This document shows positions 36,168-47,456 of a stretch of DNA of 64,000 nt, in pieces. The position numbers and the translations under genes were made by a program. The stretch lies in the NCBI GenBank assembly GCA_016181765.1, contig JACOYR010000006.1, positions 31,664 to 95,663 of the forward strand, written 5' to 3'. Source of the stretch: Parcubacteria group bacterium. Its GTDB lineage: Bacteria > Patescibacteriota > Patescibacteriia > UBA2169. The notes under the pieces are model-generated. The model did no database searches, had not been told where the DNA came from, and saw nothing but the letters and a program-made list of their open reading frames with translations. Position 1 is the first letter of the stretch. Every line of letters begins with the position of its first letter.

Positions 36168-37265
36168 TTACTGCTTGATGGGCATCACCAGGTACAAATA
36201 CCCCTCGTCATTGTTGGGCGTAAACACTCCCGGGCTTGCGGAGCCCGAAAGCTGGATTGCGACTTCGCTGGTATGGATGGCCGAAAGCCCGTCCAGCACG
36301 TACCGATAATCAAATACAATGTCAACGTCCCCGCCCTCAATCTTGGCGGGCAGCTCAACCGTGTTCTCGCCGAGCGCCGAGGCGGATGCGGACACCATGA
36401 TGCGGTCCGAAGAAAACTGGAAGCTGACGTGGTTTAAGCCCTGCCGGCAGAAGAGGGACGCGGACTTGATGGCCCGCACCAGCGGCTCCTTGTCAATCAC
36501 CACCTTTGTGGTGCTGGCCTTGGGAATGATTTCCCGGTAGTTCGGGAACGTGCCCGAAATCAGGCGGCTCAAGAGCTCCACGTCGCCAATAGAGAACAGC
36601 ACCTGGTTCTCGCTTGCGCTTAAGGTGAGCTCACCTTCCTCGCGGGAGAGGATGCGGCCGAGCTCGCTTGCGGCGCGCGCCGGCACAATAATGCTCTGGG
36701 TCTTCTGGGAAGGAGCCTTGAGCGCTACCGAGCGTTCCGCGAGGCGGTAGGAATCCGTGCCCACTAGAGTCACTTTGTTCCCCTCAAACGAGAGCAGGAC
36801 CCCCGAAAGCTCGGGCCGCGCATCGCTTGCCGAAACCGAGAACAGCACCTGCGAGAGTGCTCCGAAAAAATCGCTCCCGGGCATCACGGCAGTCGGCGTT
36901 CCGTCCAAAACAGGGATCACGGGAAACTCTTCCGCGGGGAGACCGTGAATCTTGGTGCGGGCGTTGCCGGAGCGGATTTCAAGGTGCTCCCCGGAAAGCT
37001 CAAGCGACACCGCAGAGCTCTCAAGCAATCCGACGTAGTCGTTGAACAGCCGCCCTGCCACCGTAAACGTCCCTTCCTGCTCAATTTTGCCGCGGATGGT
37101 TGCGGTGATGCCTATCTCAAGGTTTGTGGCCGAAAGCTTGAGCGCTCCCTCGCGGGCTTCAAGCAGCACGTTTGAGAGTATGGGCAAGGTCCCGCCTTTG
37201 GCCGCAATCGGCGCAACTTTGGCCAAAGCGTGCGCTAAGTTTTCCTGGGTGCATGAGAGCTTCAT
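36168..37265 (-). CDS. dnaN: DNA polymerase III beta sliding clamp
   Basis: MKLSCTQENLAHALAKVAPIAAKGGTLPILSNVLLEAREGALKLSATNLEIGI typical DnaN N-terminus; about 366 aa. Confidence 0.85.
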   Translation of the reverse strand: MKLSCTQENLAHALAKVAPIAAKGGTLPILSNVLLEAREGALKLSATNLEIGITATIRGKIEQEGTFTVAGRLFNDYVGLLESSAVSLELSGEHLEIRSGNARTKIHGLPAEEFPVIPVLDGTPTAVMPGSDFFGALSQVLFSVSASDARPELSGVLLSFEGNKVTLVGTDSYRLAERSVALKAPSQKTQSIIVPARAASELGRILSREEGELTLSASENQVLFSIGDVELLSRLISGTFPNYREIIPKASTTKVVIDKEPLVRAIKSASLFCRQGLNHVSFQFSSDRIMVSASASALGENTVELPAKIEGGDVDIVFDYRYVLDGLSAIHTSEVAIQLSGSASPGVFTPNNDEGYLYLVMPIKQ

Positions 37266-37340
37266 GCAGTAATAGTATCGCATCCATGCCAAAAACGGAA
37301 CGCACATGCGTTCCACAGGCTATCCCCAAGACGTTACCCG

Positions 37341-38315
37341 CTACCGGTACTTTGCGTGCCAGCCCATAATGATGCGCACGATTTTGCTGGTGTGCCGTTC
37401 GCGGCTGATGCGCAAAAACAACTCGGTCCAGGACGCATACTGGAACGTGGCCAGAATGCTCCCCATAACCACCAGGAGCAAAAATCCGACCGCCTGGCCG
37501 AGCGCCAAAAACACACTGCTCCCCACCCCCGCGGCAATGGTGTTGGCAATCATCAAAAATGGAGCAACGAGCGCGAGGATCAGAAAAATGGCGGCCCCGC
37601 CGACTATAATATTGACCGCAAACAGCGTCACCACGAGCTCTGCCGACACCAGCCAGTGGTCAAAAAACAGCGAGAGGGAGCGCACCACCGAGTTTCCAAG
37701 CGTGCGGCGTTCCAGCATGCGGTACGCGATTGCGTACTTGCTGATGATGGACGCTACCATGAGGAGCGGAATACCGAGCGCAAAACTGATGAGCGTGAGG
37801 GACTTAAGGGGGTCCACAAAATACAGAAGGAGCGCCGTGAGCGGCATGCCCACCACTCCGAGCACGAAAAACGCCCCGAGCCGGGTAACAACGAGAATCC
37901 CGAGAATCTGCCAGAATGATTTTCTGCCCGCAGCAAAGTGGGACCCGAGCGTGCCGCTTCCGGGATTTGCCGCGGCGCGGATGAGCGCGCCCTGCGCCGA
38001 AACCACGAGCCAAAACACGAGCACCACCACAAACGAAACTCCGCCCAGAACCGTGGCATTCTCTGCGGCCCGCGCCAGCAAGGAAGCGACCATATTGAGT
38101 ACCGTGCTCCCGCCGGTGCCAAACATGGCGAGGAGGCTCTCCCCGAAGAACACGTCTCCGGTTGAAAACCGGTTGAACTGGGTGATGACAAACTCAAATT
38201 CCCCGCCATTGCCCAAAAGCGCGGCCAAAAACCCGAGCGCCCACACGTGCGGATGCGTGCGCGTGGTGCGCCACGCGCGGCTCAAGGTTTTACGGTACAG
38301 AGAAGTTGGTTCCAT
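37341..38315 (-). CDS. hypothetical polytopic membrane protein
   Basis: ggagg SD before ATG at 38315; about 8 hydrophobic segments. Confidence 0.5.
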   Translation of the reverse strand: MEPTSLYRKTLSRAWRTTRTHPHVWALGFLAALLGNGGEFEFVITQFNRFSTGDVFFGESLLAMFGTGGSTVLNMVASLLARAAENATVLGGVSFVVVLVFWLVVSAQGALIRAAANPGSGTLGSHFAAGRKSFWQILGILVVTRLGAFFVLGVVGMPLTALLLYFVDPLKSLTLISFALGIPLLMVASIISKYAIAYRMLERRTLGNSVVRSLSLFFDHWLVSAELVVTLFAVNIIVGGAAIFLILALVAPFLMIANTIAAGVGSSVFLALGQAVGFLLLVVMGSILATFQYASWTELFLRISRERHTSKIVRIIMGWHAKYR

Positions 38316-38379
38316 AGGTAATTTTGTTTTCCTCCGCTCTATGCTTCCAGTATACCACACCCGAGCTGCGGGTGCACGC

Positions 38380-40203
38380 CTATGCCATAAGCCGCTCAAA
38401 CGCCTCGCGCTCCAGCGTCTCATGCTCAAGCAGGGCGGCCACCACGCGCTCAATGCGGCCCATGTGCTCAACAATAAGCTTTGCGGCGCGCTCATACGCC
38501 TCGCGCAAGAGCCCGGAGACTTCTTCGTCTATGAGCCCCGCATAGGCTTCGCCGTAGTCGCGCTGCTCTCCGAATTCTTTGCCTAAAAATATGAGCTCTT
38601 CTTTGTCCCCGAACGTCCGCGCGCCCAGTTTCTCGCTCATGCCGTACTCCGTAACCATGGCGCGGGCAAGCCCGGTCGCGCGCTTGAGGTCGCTCGCCGC
38701 TCCGGTTGTGACGTCCCCGAACACCTTTGCCTCAATGGCGTGCCCGGCAAGCAGCACCGAGAGGTCCGCGACAAACTCGCTGCGGGAGTGGAACCGCCGG
38801 TCCTCGCTCGGAACCTTCAGGGTGTACCCGCCGGCGCGGCCGCGCGACACAATGGAAACCTTGTGCACGGGATCAGCATCAGGCAGCACGTGCGCAACCA
38901 CGGCATGCCCCGCCTCGTGGTATGCGGTGATCTTCTTTTCTTTTTCCGAAAGCACGTGGGACCTGCGCTCCGGGCCGAGCAGCACCTTTTCTATGCTGAT
39001 AAGGATGTCGTCCTGCGCAAGCTGGGTCCGGTTCTTGCGCGCCGTGAGAATGGCGGCCTCGTTCAGGAGGTTGTACAAATCAGCGCCAGAGAAGCCGGGC
39101 GTGCGCTCGGCGACTGCCCGCAGGTTGGCGTCGCGGGCCAGGGGCTTGTCCTGGGCGTGCAGTTTCAAAATCGCCTCCCGCTCTTTGATGTCCGGCAAAT
39201 CAATGGTTACCCTGCGGTCAAACCTGCCTGGCCGCAAGAGTGCCGGATCCAGCACGTCCGGCCTGTTGGTCGCGGCCATCACAATCACATTGGTGCCGGT
39301 TTCAAAGCCGTCCATTTCAACCAGAATCTGGTTTAAGGTCTGCTCGCGCTCGTCGTGCGAACCGCCAAGCCCGGCACCGCGCTGGCGCCCCACAGCATCC
39401 ATCTCGTCTATGAACACGATTGCCGGGGCGCTCTTCTTTGCTTTGCGGAATAGGTCCCGCACGCGCGAGGCGCCCACTCCAACGAACATCTCAACGAATT
39501 CAGAACCAGACATGTGGAAGAACGGCACCCCGGCTTCTCCGGAAACCGCCTTGGCCAAGAGCGTCTTGCCCGTGCCCGGCGGCCCCACCAAGAGCACGCC
39601 CCGCGGAATGCGGGCCCCAAGCTTCGCAAACTTCTGGGGTTGGCGCAAAAATTCAACCACCTCTTCCAGCTCCTGTTTCGCTTCGGTTGAGCCGGCCACG
39701 TCAGCGAACGTGGTTTTCTTGCCCTGCTGTTTCTTGCGGGCCTCCTGATCCTCGCGCGCCGTGCTGCTCCCGAACATCATGGCGCGGTTGTTCGCGCCCT
39801 GGACCTGGCGCATCATGAACCAAATAAAAAACCCGATGAACAAGAGCGGGATCAAAAACGGGGCAAGCGCCGAAGCCCAGAGCGCTAAGCCGCCCGGCTC
39901 TTTGCTCTCAATGGAAACGCGCGCCATCTCCGCATCGGAGACGCCGTAGATGCCGAGGAGCCCGGCCAGCGTTTCTCCGGTCTCCTTGCGCGACTTCTTC
40001 TCGCTTCCATCCGCGTACGACACATACAGCGTGTCGCCCTCAACCAAAATTTTCTCAACCTCGCCGGCTTTGACGGACCCAACCACAGACGCGAATCCGG
40101 CTTCCTCGTCCGCGCTGAACGGGGACGAGAATGCGCTCAAAAATCCGGCAATCACCAGGAATGCGAGAAAAAAGATCACAAAGTTTTTGAGGAGTGAGCG
40201 CAT
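38380..40203 (-). CDS. ftsH: ATP-dependent zinc metalloprotease FtsH
   Basis: Walker [24 protein letters not shown], zinc motif HEAGHA, N-terminal TM pair. Confidence 0.9.
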   Translation of the reverse strand: MRSLLKNFVIFFLAFLVIAGFLSAFSSPFSADEEAGFASVVGSVKAGEVEKILVEGDTLYVSYADGSEKKSRKETGETLAGLLGIYGVSDAEMARVSIESKEPGGLALWASALAPFLIPLLFIGFFIWFMMRQVQGANNRAMMFGSSTAREDQEARKKQQGKKTTFADVAGSTEAKQELEEVVEFLRQPQKFAKLGARIPRGVLLVGPPGTGKTLLAKAVSGEAGVPFFHMSGSEFVEMFVGVGASRVRDLFRKAKKSAPAIVFIDEMDAVGRQRGAGLGGSHDEREQTLNQILVEMDGFETGTNVIVMAATNRPDVLDPALLRPGRFDRRVTIDLPDIKEREAILKLHAQDKPLARDANLRAVAERTPGFSGADLYNLLNEAAILTARKNRTQLAQDDILISIEKVLLGPERRSHVLSEKEKKITAYHEAGHAVVAHVLPDADPVHKVSIVSRGRAGGYTLKVPSEDRRFHSRSEFVADLSVLLAGHAIEAKVFGDVTTGAASDLKRATGLARAMVTEYGMSEKLGARTFGDKEELIFLGKEFGEQRDYGEAYAGLIDEEVSGLLREAYERAAKLIVEHMGRIERVVAALLEHETLEREAFERLMA

Positions 40204-40205
40204 GG

Positions 40206-41369
40206 TTACCCAAGCCCGAGGCCCAAACGGTGGGCCGCAGGCTCAATGGAAAGGATTTTGAAGTCCCGCTTTTCTCCGACCGAGAGCAGTTTGCTCAAAT
40301 CCTGCTCTCCGCCCTTGGTGAGTTCAGAGACGTGCGCAAGGCCGTGGATGTCCGGATCAAGCTCCACAAATGCGCCGTACGGGTTCAGCTTGAGCACGGT
40401 GCCCGAAACCGTATCTCCGACCTTGTACTTGTCCGCGGCCTGCTTCCAGGGGTCAGGAATGAGTTTTTTGACGGACAAGGAAATTTTTCCGTTATCAATG
40501 GCAATGATTTTCGCGCGGATGGAGTCCCCCACCTTTACCAGATCAGCGGGGTTGTCAATGCGCTGCCACGCGAGCTCGGAAATGTGCACCAACCCCTCCA
40601 GGCCTTCGCCGAATTCAACGAATACCCCGAAATCAACCACCCCGGTAACGCGCCCGGTAACCTCATCCCCGACCTTGAACTTTTCAAGCTGGGCGTGCTG
40701 CTCGCGCTCCCAGGCCGCTTTCTCGGAGACAATCAGCTTTTCCTCACGCTCGCGCACCGTAATCACCTTCACGCGGAATATCTGGTTTACGTATGCGCGC
40801 AAACGGTCAAGAATCCGGTTCTTGTCCCCGCCCTCAACGCGCGGGTAGTGTTCAACCGTAAGCTGGGACACGGGCAAAAACCCTTCCACGTTGCCCACCT
40901 TCACCATGAGTCCCCCTTTGTTCGCATCAATGATTTTCGCGTCAACCACTTCCCCGCTTGAAGCGAGGGCCGCAAGCAAGTCCCATGCCTTGCGGTGCCC
41001 AGCCTGCCGAAACGAAAGCTCAAGCATGCCCTGCTCGTTCTCAATGTCAAGCACTGTAGCCTCCACGGAATCTCCAACAGAAAGTTTTGAGTACACGCCG
41101 GATTCGTCATCCAGTTCTTTCCCACGCACCAGTCCGGTCAGGACGCCGCCAATAGTCACCACAATGCCGTTCTTTGAAATATCAAGCACCTCCCCGGATA
41201 TGAGTTCTCCCACTTTGGGAATGGCAAAATGCGCGCTTTCCGAAAGCACCTGCTTGGTCTCTTCGGACGCGTGCGGAAAGCTCATGATCGCGTTGTGGCT
41301 TTTGGTGTTGGTGTTCGCTTGTTTCGGTGATGCAACGGCACTATCAGCGCCCGCTTGAACGTCAATCAT
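40206..41369 (-). CDS. rpsA: 30S ribosomal protein S1 (4 S1 domains)
   Basis: Repeated S1-domain pattern (VGDEVTGRVTGVVDFGVFVEF..., VGDTVSGTVLKLNPYGAFVEL...). Confidence 0.85.
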   Translation of the reverse strand: MIDVQAGADSAVASPKQANTNTKSHNAIMSFPHASEETKQVLSESAHFAIPKVGELISGEVLDISKNGIVVTIGGVLTGLVRGKELDDESGVYSKLSVGDSVEATVLDIENEQGMLELSFRQAGHRKAWDLLAALASSGEVVDAKIIDANKGGLMVKVGNVEGFLPVSQLTVEHYPRVEGGDKNRILDRLRAYVNQIFRVKVITVREREEKLIVSEKAAWEREQHAQLEKFKVGDEVTGRVTGVVDFGVFVEFGEGLEGLVHISELAWQRIDNPADLVKVGDSIRAKIIAIDNGKISLSVKKLIPDPWKQAADKYKVGDTVSGTVLKLNPYGAFVELDPDIHGLAHVSELTKGGEQDLSKLLSVGEKRDFKILSIEPAAHRLGLGLG

Positions 41370-41496
41370 AGTATGGGTTTAAGTTCCCTGCGTTCCCGGG
41401 GCGCAAGGGTTACTGTTAAAAATTACTAATAAAACCGGGGAAAATTAGAACAGAGCTAATTATATACAAAATCGGCGTTTTTTGCAAGTGTGGCTG

Positions 41497-41505
41497 GTGG
41501 TGGTA
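41497..41505 (+). promoter_or_regulatory. TGGTATACT box 12 nt upstream of ATG 41518
   Basis: seen in sequence. Confidence 0.35.
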
Positions 41506-41517
41506 TACTTAAAGCCT

Positions 41518-41946
41518 ATGCAGCACGACACAACACCAGGGGACCTGCTTCGCGCAGCCCAAGGCGTTCGCACTGGCGGAGCGTCAAAAGATGATGTATA
41601 CAGCCTCTTCCAGGAAGCCGGAGCCGCCTCAAAGCTCAAAAAACAGCTCAACCAAAAACAGCAGAAAAAACTCCTTGATGCGGTGATACAGAAAGCCGGG
41701 CAAGAAGGAATGCAGTTCAAGGGGTACAGTAGGGGCGCCTACGGCCAGCGCCAGGCCATCCTCAAGCGCACGGAAGCCCCAAATAAGAAGCCGGCACCTG
41801 GAATAAAAGGCGAAAACAAAAAAGCCCCGGCTAAAACGCGCCTGGATTTATACAGCCCGGCTACGGAAAGCGGATCAATCAGCATGGCCCAAACCCAGAA
41901 CGCGCGCATAAGCCTCAACATCCCGGAGAGCGGAAATAGAGGCTAA
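41518..41946 (+). CDS. hypothetical Lys-rich protein
   Basis: ORF with local codon usage. Confidence 0.4.
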   Translation: MQHDTTPGDLLRAAQGVRTGGASKDDVYSLFQEAGAASKLKKQLNQKQQKKLLDAVIQKAGQEGMQFKGYSRGAYGQRQAILKRTEAPNKKPAPGIKGENKKAPAKTRLDLYSPATESGSISMAQTQNARISLNIPESGNRG

Positions 41947-42029
41947 AAATCAGCCTTTACTTTTGCCCCTTTTTTGTGTAGTATTACCGTGCCTTGAGGG
42001 CACTTTTTTACTTGCATTATTGATGATGT

Positions 42030-42641
42030 ATGATTATTGAATTGCTCGGTTTGTCGGGCGCAAAAATCCAGGCCGGAGAGAACGTTGTCTTGTTTGCCCC
42101 GCCCTCTGCAAAAAGCGAGCTGCGTGCAAGCCGCATGAAGGCTGACGTAGTGGTGTTCGGCAACCCGTCGGACGAAATCAACGTGGAGCCCCGGGCCGAA
42201 AAGCTCCTGGCCATACAGGCTCCCGGCGAATTTGAGGCAGGGGGAATTTTTGTATATTGTCTCGCCAATCCGCCAAAAGGCGGGCCGCAATCCCTGCTTT
42301 CCCGCGCAACCATTGAGGGCATGGCTGTGGTGCACTTAGGCGGGCTTGGCCGCGATCTCTCGGAGAGTGAGCTTGAATTGTTTGAAGGCGCCGACATCCT
42401 CATGCTCCCGGTTGGCGGCAACGGCGTGCTGAGTGCGGCGGCCGCAAAAACAATCGTTGAAAAGATAGAGCCCCGAATCGTCATTCCCATGCACGCAAAG
42501 CACAAAGCCGTAAAAACGCCGTATGATGACGCATCCAAGTTCTTCAAAGAAATGGGCGCATCCCCCCAACCCCAAGAGCGCGTAAAAATCGCCAAAAAAG
42601 ACCTCCCTATAGATACCCTGGAAGTGCTCTATATCATATGA
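42030..42641 (+). CDS. MBL-fold metallo-hydrolase-like protein
   Basis: Beta-lactamase-fold like sheet-rich pattern; ...VVHLGGLG...ADILMLPVGG...IPMHAKH. Confidence 0.55.
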   Translation: MIIELLGLSGAKIQAGENVVLFAPPSAKSELRASRMKADVVVFGNPSDEINVEPRAEKLLAIQAPGEFEAGGIFVYCLANPPKGGPQSLLSRATIEGMAVVHLGGLGRDLSESELELFEGADILMLPVGGNGVLSAAAAKTIVEKIEPRIVIPMHAKHKAVKTPYDDASKFFKEMGASPQPQERVKIAKKDLPIDTLEVLYII

Positions 42642-42907
42642 AAACAAGCAAACGCACAAAGCACTCCCGTTACATGCTGCTCGTCATCGTCCTTGCCATG
42701 GCAGTCATTGTATCTGCCTGGAGCATCTGGTTTTTTCCGCGCCAAAGTGCCTCGGCTCCGGACGGGGCGTCGTTTAAAAATTTTACGCGCGATATCTTGA
42801 AATCATTTTCCGTATTCGCGCCCGAACCGCAAAAAACCGAAAACAAGGTGAACATTGACGATCTGCGCAGCCGGGTGTTCGGAGACGCCATAGAACGCGC
42901 CGAGTGA
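42638..42907 (+). CDS. small membrane protein, hypothetical
   Basis: Single TM helix; ATGA overlap with upstream gene. Confidence 0.35.
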   Translation: MKTSKRTKHSRYMLLVIVLAMAVIVSAWSIWFFPRQSASAPDGASFKNFTRDILKSFSVFAPEPQKTENKVNIDDLRSRVFGDAIERAE

Positions 42908-42908
42908 T

Positions 42909-45386
42909 ATGCCTAAAAAGGAAGAACAAGCAAAACCCCAAAACCCCATCGGCACCATAGAGCCGCAACCCATTGTGGACGAAATGCAGCGCGCCTATTT
43001 GGACTACGCCATGAGCGTGATCGTGTCGCGCGCTTTGCCGGACGTGCGGGACGGCTTAAAGCCGGTCCACCGCCGCATCCTCTACGCCATGTGGACGCTC
43101 GGGCTTAAGTCCTCCGCCAAGTTCCGCAAGAGCGCAACCGTCGTGGGAGAAGTATTGGGCAAGTACCACCCGCACGGGGACGTTGCGGTGTACGACGCCT
43201 TGGTGCGCATGGCCCAGGACTTTTCCATGCGCGAGGTTCTGGTGCACGGCCAGGGCAACTTCGGGTCCATGGACGGAGACGGGGCAGCTGCCATGCGCTA
43301 CACCGAAGTAAAACTTTCTAAAATCGCGGAAGAGCTTTTGGCGGATATAGAAAAAGAAACCGTCAGCTTCACGGACAACTACGACGGCACCCAAAAAGAA
43401 CCGCGCGTTTTGCCGGCAAAACTGCCGAACCTGCTCTTAAACGGCACCCTGGGCATTGCCGTGGGCATGGCAACCAACATTCCCCCGCACAACCTTTCCG
43501 AGCTCGCTCTCGGCATTTCCGCGGTGCTGGATGACGCTGACATTGACATCAATGAACTCGCCAAAATCGTAAAAGGTCCGGACTTCCCGACCGGCGGCAT
43601 CATCTACAACAGAGACGACATCAAGCAGGCCTACGCAACTGGAAAGGGCGGCATTGTCATGCGCGGAGTCACGGACATTGTGGAGTCCAAAGGCGGTACG
43701 CACGACATCATCATCACCGAGGTTCCGTTCCAGGTGAACAAGGCTGATTTGATCGCCAAAATCGCGGAACTCGTAAAGGAGAAAAAAATTGAGGGCATCC
43801 GCGACCTGCGGGATGAGTCCGATAAGGACGGAGTGCGCGTGGTGATTGAACTAAAGAAAGACACGTACCCGCAAAAAATCTTAAACCGCCTCTTTAAGCT
43901 CACTGCCCTGCAGGCAACCTTCCACGTAAACATGCTCGCCTTGGTGGACGGCATCCAGCCGCGCGTGCTCACGTTGAAGAGCATCTTTGAAGAGTTCATC
44001 AAGCACCGCAAAACCGTCATCAAGGCTAGGACCGAATTTGATTTGGCGCGCGCCAAAGCGCGGGCCCACATCTTGGAAGGCTTGGTTAAGGCAATCGGCA
44101 TTATTGATAAAGTGATTGCCCTGATCAAAAAATCCAAGGACCGGGACGAGGCGCGGGCGGGATTGATGAAGGCGTTCAAATTCACGGAACTGCAGGCCAA
44201 TGCCATCCTTGACATGCGCCTGTCCCAGCTTGCAAACCTGGAGCGCGCAAAACTGGAAGACGAACTCAAGGAAAAGCGCGCCTGGATTGCGGAGCTTGAG
44301 GCAATCCTCGCAAGCCCCAAGAAAGTTGTTTCCATCATCAAGGGCGAGCTCAAAGAGCTCAAGGAAGCGTACGGCGAAGAGCGTCGCACTAAGATTGTTG
44401 CCGGTGCAGTTGATACGTTTTCGCAGGAAGATTTGATTCCGAATGAGGAAATGGTGGTCATGATCACGCGGGACGGCTACATCAAGCGCATGGCACCGGA
44501 CACCTTTAAGACCCAAGGCCGCGGCGGCAAGGGCGTGGTGGGCCTGACCACCAAGGAGGAGGACGAAGTGTCCATCTTCTTTACGGGCTTAACGCACTCA
44601 GACATCCTCTTCTTTACCACGCGCGGAAGAGTATTTCAGCTCAAGGGCTACGACATTCCGGTAGCAAGCCGCACGGCTAAGGGCTCGTCGCTCGTCAACT
44701 TCCTGCAGATTGCGGGCGAAGAAAAGGTGAATGTGGTGCTGTCGCTGGATGACATGAAAGACGCTAAGTTCCTGGTGATGGTCACGCGCGGGGGCACCAT
44801 CAAGAAAGTTGACGTCAATGACTTTGGCCACGTGCGCCGCAGCGGCCTCATTGCCATCAAGCTCAAAGAGGGCGACTCTCTGCGCTGGGTCAAGCCCTCG
44901 GGCGGGGATGACGAAATCATGCTCGTGTCCCAGGCTGGCCAGGCAATCCGGTTTGAAGAAGCGGACGTGCGCCCCATGGGCCGCGCCGCGGCCGGGGTGC
45001 GCGGCATCCGCCTCAAGAAAGGCGACCACGTGGTTGGCATGGACATTTTTAATCCCAAGGCCCAGAAAGACACCACCCTCCTCGTGGTCATGGCTCAAGG
45101 CTATGGCAAGCAATCCCCGGTTTTGGAATACAAGGTCCAGTCCCGCGGCGGATCCGGCATTAAAACCGCGAACGTCACCGCCAAAACCGGCGAGGTTGTG
45201 GGCGCGCGCTTGCTTGATCCCGCGACCGTGGATGAAAAGACGGATGTGCTCGCCATTTCCGCCAAGGGCCAAACCATCCGGTTGCCCCTAAAGTCCATCA
45301 ACAAGCTCGGACGGGCCACGCAGGGGGTGCGCATCATGCGCTTCAAGCAGCCCGGAGACCGCGTGGCAAATGTGACGCTGGTGTAA
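42909..45386 (+). CDS. gyrA: DNA gyrase subunit A
   Basis: [28 protein letters not shown] active-site region with catalytic Tyr context; 825 aa with C-terminal beta-pinwheel repeats. Confidence 0.9.
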   Translation: MPKKEEQAKPQNPIGTIEPQPIVDEMQRAYLDYAMSVIVSRALPDVRDGLKPVHRRILYAMWTLGLKSSAKFRKSATVVGEVLGKYHPHGDVAVYDALVRMAQDFSMREVLVHGQGNFGSMDGDGAAAMRYTEVKLSKIAEELLADIEKETVSFTDNYDGTQKEPRVLPAKLPNLLLNGTLGIAVGMATNIPPHNLSELALGISAVLDDADIDINELAKIVKGPDFPTGGIIYNRDDIKQAYATGKGGIVMRGVTDIVESKGGTHDIIITEVPFQVNKADLIAKIAELVKEKKIEGIRDLRDESDKDGVRVVIELKKDTYPQKILNRLFKLTALQATFHVNMLALVDGIQPRVLTLKSIFEEFIKHRKTVIKARTEFDLARAKARAHILEGLVKAIGIIDKVIALIKKSKDRDEARAGLMKAFKFTELQANAILDMRLSQLANLERAKLEDELKEKRAWIAELEAILASPKKVVSIIKGELKELKEAYGEERRTKIVAGAVDTFSQEDLIPNEEMVVMITRDGYIKRMAPDTFKTQGRGGKGVVGLTTKEEDEVSIFFTGLTHSDILFFTTRGRVFQLKGYDIPVASRTAKGSSLVNFLQIAGEEKVNVVLSLDDMKDAKFLVMVTRGGTIKKVDVNDFGHVRRSGLIAIKLKEGDSLRWVKPSGGDDEIMLVSQAGQAIRFEEADVRPMGRAAAGVRGIRLKKGDHVVGMDIFNPKAQKDTTLLVVMAQGYGKQSPVLEYKVQSRGGSGIKTANVTAKTGEVVGARLLDPATVDEKTDVLAISAKGQTIRLPLKSINKLGRATQGVRIMRFKQPGDRVANVTLV

Positions 45387-45433
45387 AATTATGGAAAAGA
45401 GTGTGCTACAATATATTTAAAATTATAAAATAG

Positions 45434-45853
45434 ATGACACTAAAAGGAAATATCACCGATTACTCAAGTCAAAGAAAACGCAATATGGCAAAAATTGATA
45501 TAAATTGGTCAAAGCTTATCTCTCTTAATACGGGAGAGATAGAAAAGTTAGGAAGTGTTGGGGGAGTTTACCGTATTTCCAAAAAAGCAGATGATGGAAA
45601 ATATTATGTTTTTTTTGTTGGAAGTGCTGAAAACATAAAAAATAAGTTGTTACACCATCAATCCAGTGAAGAAAAAAATATTCGCCTACAAAAATATTTA
45701 TCACAAGGAGGAGATATTGTTTTCAGATATGCCCTAGTGCCGGACAGAAGTATACAACAAGCTATTGAGAAACAGATGTACAGACACTATATTCCAGAAT
45801 ACAACCCCGAAGAGCCAAAAAGTCCTTTGGATGTAGAAGCAAACCTAAATTAA
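45434..45853 (+). CDS. GIY-YIG nuclease-domain protein (low GC)
   Basis: GVYRISKKADDGKYYVFFVGSAENIKNKLLHH matches GIY...YIG...N spacing; about 36% GC. Confidence 0.55.
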   Translation: MTLKGNITDYSSQRKRNMAKIDINWSKLISLNTGEIEKLGSVGGVYRISKKADDGKYYVFFVGSAENIKNKLLHHQSSEEKNIRLQKYLSQGGDIVFRYALVPDRSIQQAIEKQMYRHYIPEYNPEEPKSPLDVEANLN

Positions 45854-45859
45854 TCAAAA

Positions 45860-46561
45860 ATGACTTTAGTAATGGGGTTAAAATCAAAAAACGGGATTGT
45901 TGTTGCCTCTGACAGTAAAGCTAGTTCTGAAATAACTAGCAATAGTACCGTACAAAAAATTTTCAAATTAGGTAACCATAGCGCTGTTGGTATTGCAGGA
46001 GACGGTGGTCTTGCAATGTATTTTCTCGACCAAATAAAAAGTGGGTTAAATCACGGCACAGGAATTTTAGATTTAGCAGAACAAATACGGATCAAGGGAA
46101 AGGAAAAATTCAACGATTTTTTTGAGGGCTCGCCGCTAGAAAAACGTCCTCATCTCGAACTACTTCTAGCTGGGTATACAAATGATCCTACACCAAAAGC
46201 AGAAATTTATAAATTGAATAGTACAGACAACTTTGTACCCAGGAAAGCTGTTACGGGTTTCGAGTGTATAGGCATACCGTATATTGCGGACTACTTGTTA
46301 AACCGCCTTTACGAGCCTGAAATAAAAGTAGACGCAGGGGAAGAGCTGTGTATATTGTGTATTCAAGAAACTGAAGACCAAGATGCGCGCGTAGGAGGCG
46401 CCACCAGAGTTTATACTTTCTCATCAACTCAAACATTTCAAGAAATTTCAGCCACAGATATAGAAAAACTAAAAGAAAAAAACAAACAGTTTCAAATTAG
46501 ACAAAAAAGTAGGTTCTATCCCGAAGACCCAGATTCGGGCACAGACAATCCCACTTCTTAG
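45860..46561 (+). CDS. proteasome beta-subunit/HslV-like Ntn hydrolase (low GC)
   Basis: N-terminus MTLVMGLKSKNGIVVASDSKASSEITSNSTVQKIFKLGNHSAVGIAGDGGLAMYF: Thr right after Met, GxxxD and GAGDG-like pattern of T1 peptidases. Confidence 0.55.
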   Translation: MTLVMGLKSKNGIVVASDSKASSEITSNSTVQKIFKLGNHSAVGIAGDGGLAMYFLDQIKSGLNHGTGILDLAEQIRIKGKEKFNDFFEGSPLEKRPHLELLLAGYTNDPTPKAEIYKLNSTDNFVPRKAVTGFECIGIPYIADYLLNRLYEPEIKVDAGEELCILCIQETEDQDARVGGATRVYTFSSTQTFQEISATDIEKLKEKNKQFQIRQKSRFYPEDPDSGTDNPTS

Positions 46562-46707
46562 CACTTTATAAACACAAATCCTAAGCCAACAATCCACCAA
46601 TCCGATGGGTTGTTTTTGTATAAAAAAGCACCCTCCCCCGCAGACGATGTTGCCATCTGCGAAAGAAGGGTGCGGTCGGCGGAGCCAGAAGGTTATGCCG
46701 ACTTGGG

Positions 46708-47136
46708 CTAGTTGGTCTCAACCCAGATGGCGTCGGACTCCAGCACGTTGCTGTACTGGCCCGAGCCGGGCTTGGTCTCGACGTCGCCGTCCAGCACGAT
46801 GACCACAAAGAGCTGGACGCGCCCGGCCGTGAGGTTCTCGGTGATGGTTCGCGCAGCGAGATCCTTGAGCGTCTTCAGAGCGTCGTGGAACTGCTTTGCT
46901 GTGCGTCCGTTCCGGGAAACGCCAGTGAGCCGCAGCTCCACGCCGAGGTACCCGCCGACCGCGACCATGGGGTCGGGTTCCTGGACGTAGTACTCGGCCG
47001 GACGTTCGGCTGGGTCCTTCACACCGAGACAGCCGCTCACAACGTTCTGGAGGAAGGTCCTGGCAAATGCCGCGCTGCTGAACGCTGCGAACAGCGTCAT
47101 AGGGGCTTCTCTGGAAATCACTGCCTTCACCTTCAT
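46708..47136 (-). CDS. hypothetical protein
   Basis: ORF with high-GC codon usage. Confidence 0.4.
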   Translation of the reverse strand: MKVKAVISREAPMTLFAAFSSAAFARTFLQNVVSGCLGVKDPAERPAEYYVQEPDPMVAVGGYLGVELRLTGVSRNGRTAKQFHDALKTLKDLAARTITENLTAGRVQLFVVIVLDGDVETKPGSGQYSNVLESDAIWVETN

Positions 47137-47311
47137 GGTTTCTAGCCTTTCGCTAGGGGTTGTTGGGAACACTTCGCAATTTTACGCGAAGACTGCATCT
47201 TATCACAAAACTATGCGTCTTGTCAAGCATCTGTATTTCATGATATAGTTCGTGCTTGTATCAACGGTGTTCGCGTGTTACTCTGTATCTGTCACTCATT
47301 TCACAAACACT

Positions 47312-47452
47312 ATGTCAACAAAACGAACCTACCAGCCGAAAAAAAAGAAGCGCGCGCGGGTGCACGGATTCCGGAAGCGCTCCGCCAAACCAGGAGGCCG
47401 CAACGTGCTCCAAAGGCGCAGGGCAAAAGGAAGAAAGCGGCTGACGGTTTAA
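47312..47452 (+). CDS. rpmH: 50S ribosomal protein L34
   Basis: [46 protein letters not shown]. Confidence 0.85.
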   Translation: MSTKRTYQPKKKKRARVHGFRKRSAKPGGRNVLQRRRAKGRKRLTV

Positions 47453-47456
47453 ACCC

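Noticed and set aside
47170-47310. Candidate oriC / DnaA boxes upstream of rpmH
   Set aside because: Only one approximate box (ttatcacaa). dnaA is absent and there is no AT-rich unwinding element, so this is insufficient for an origin call
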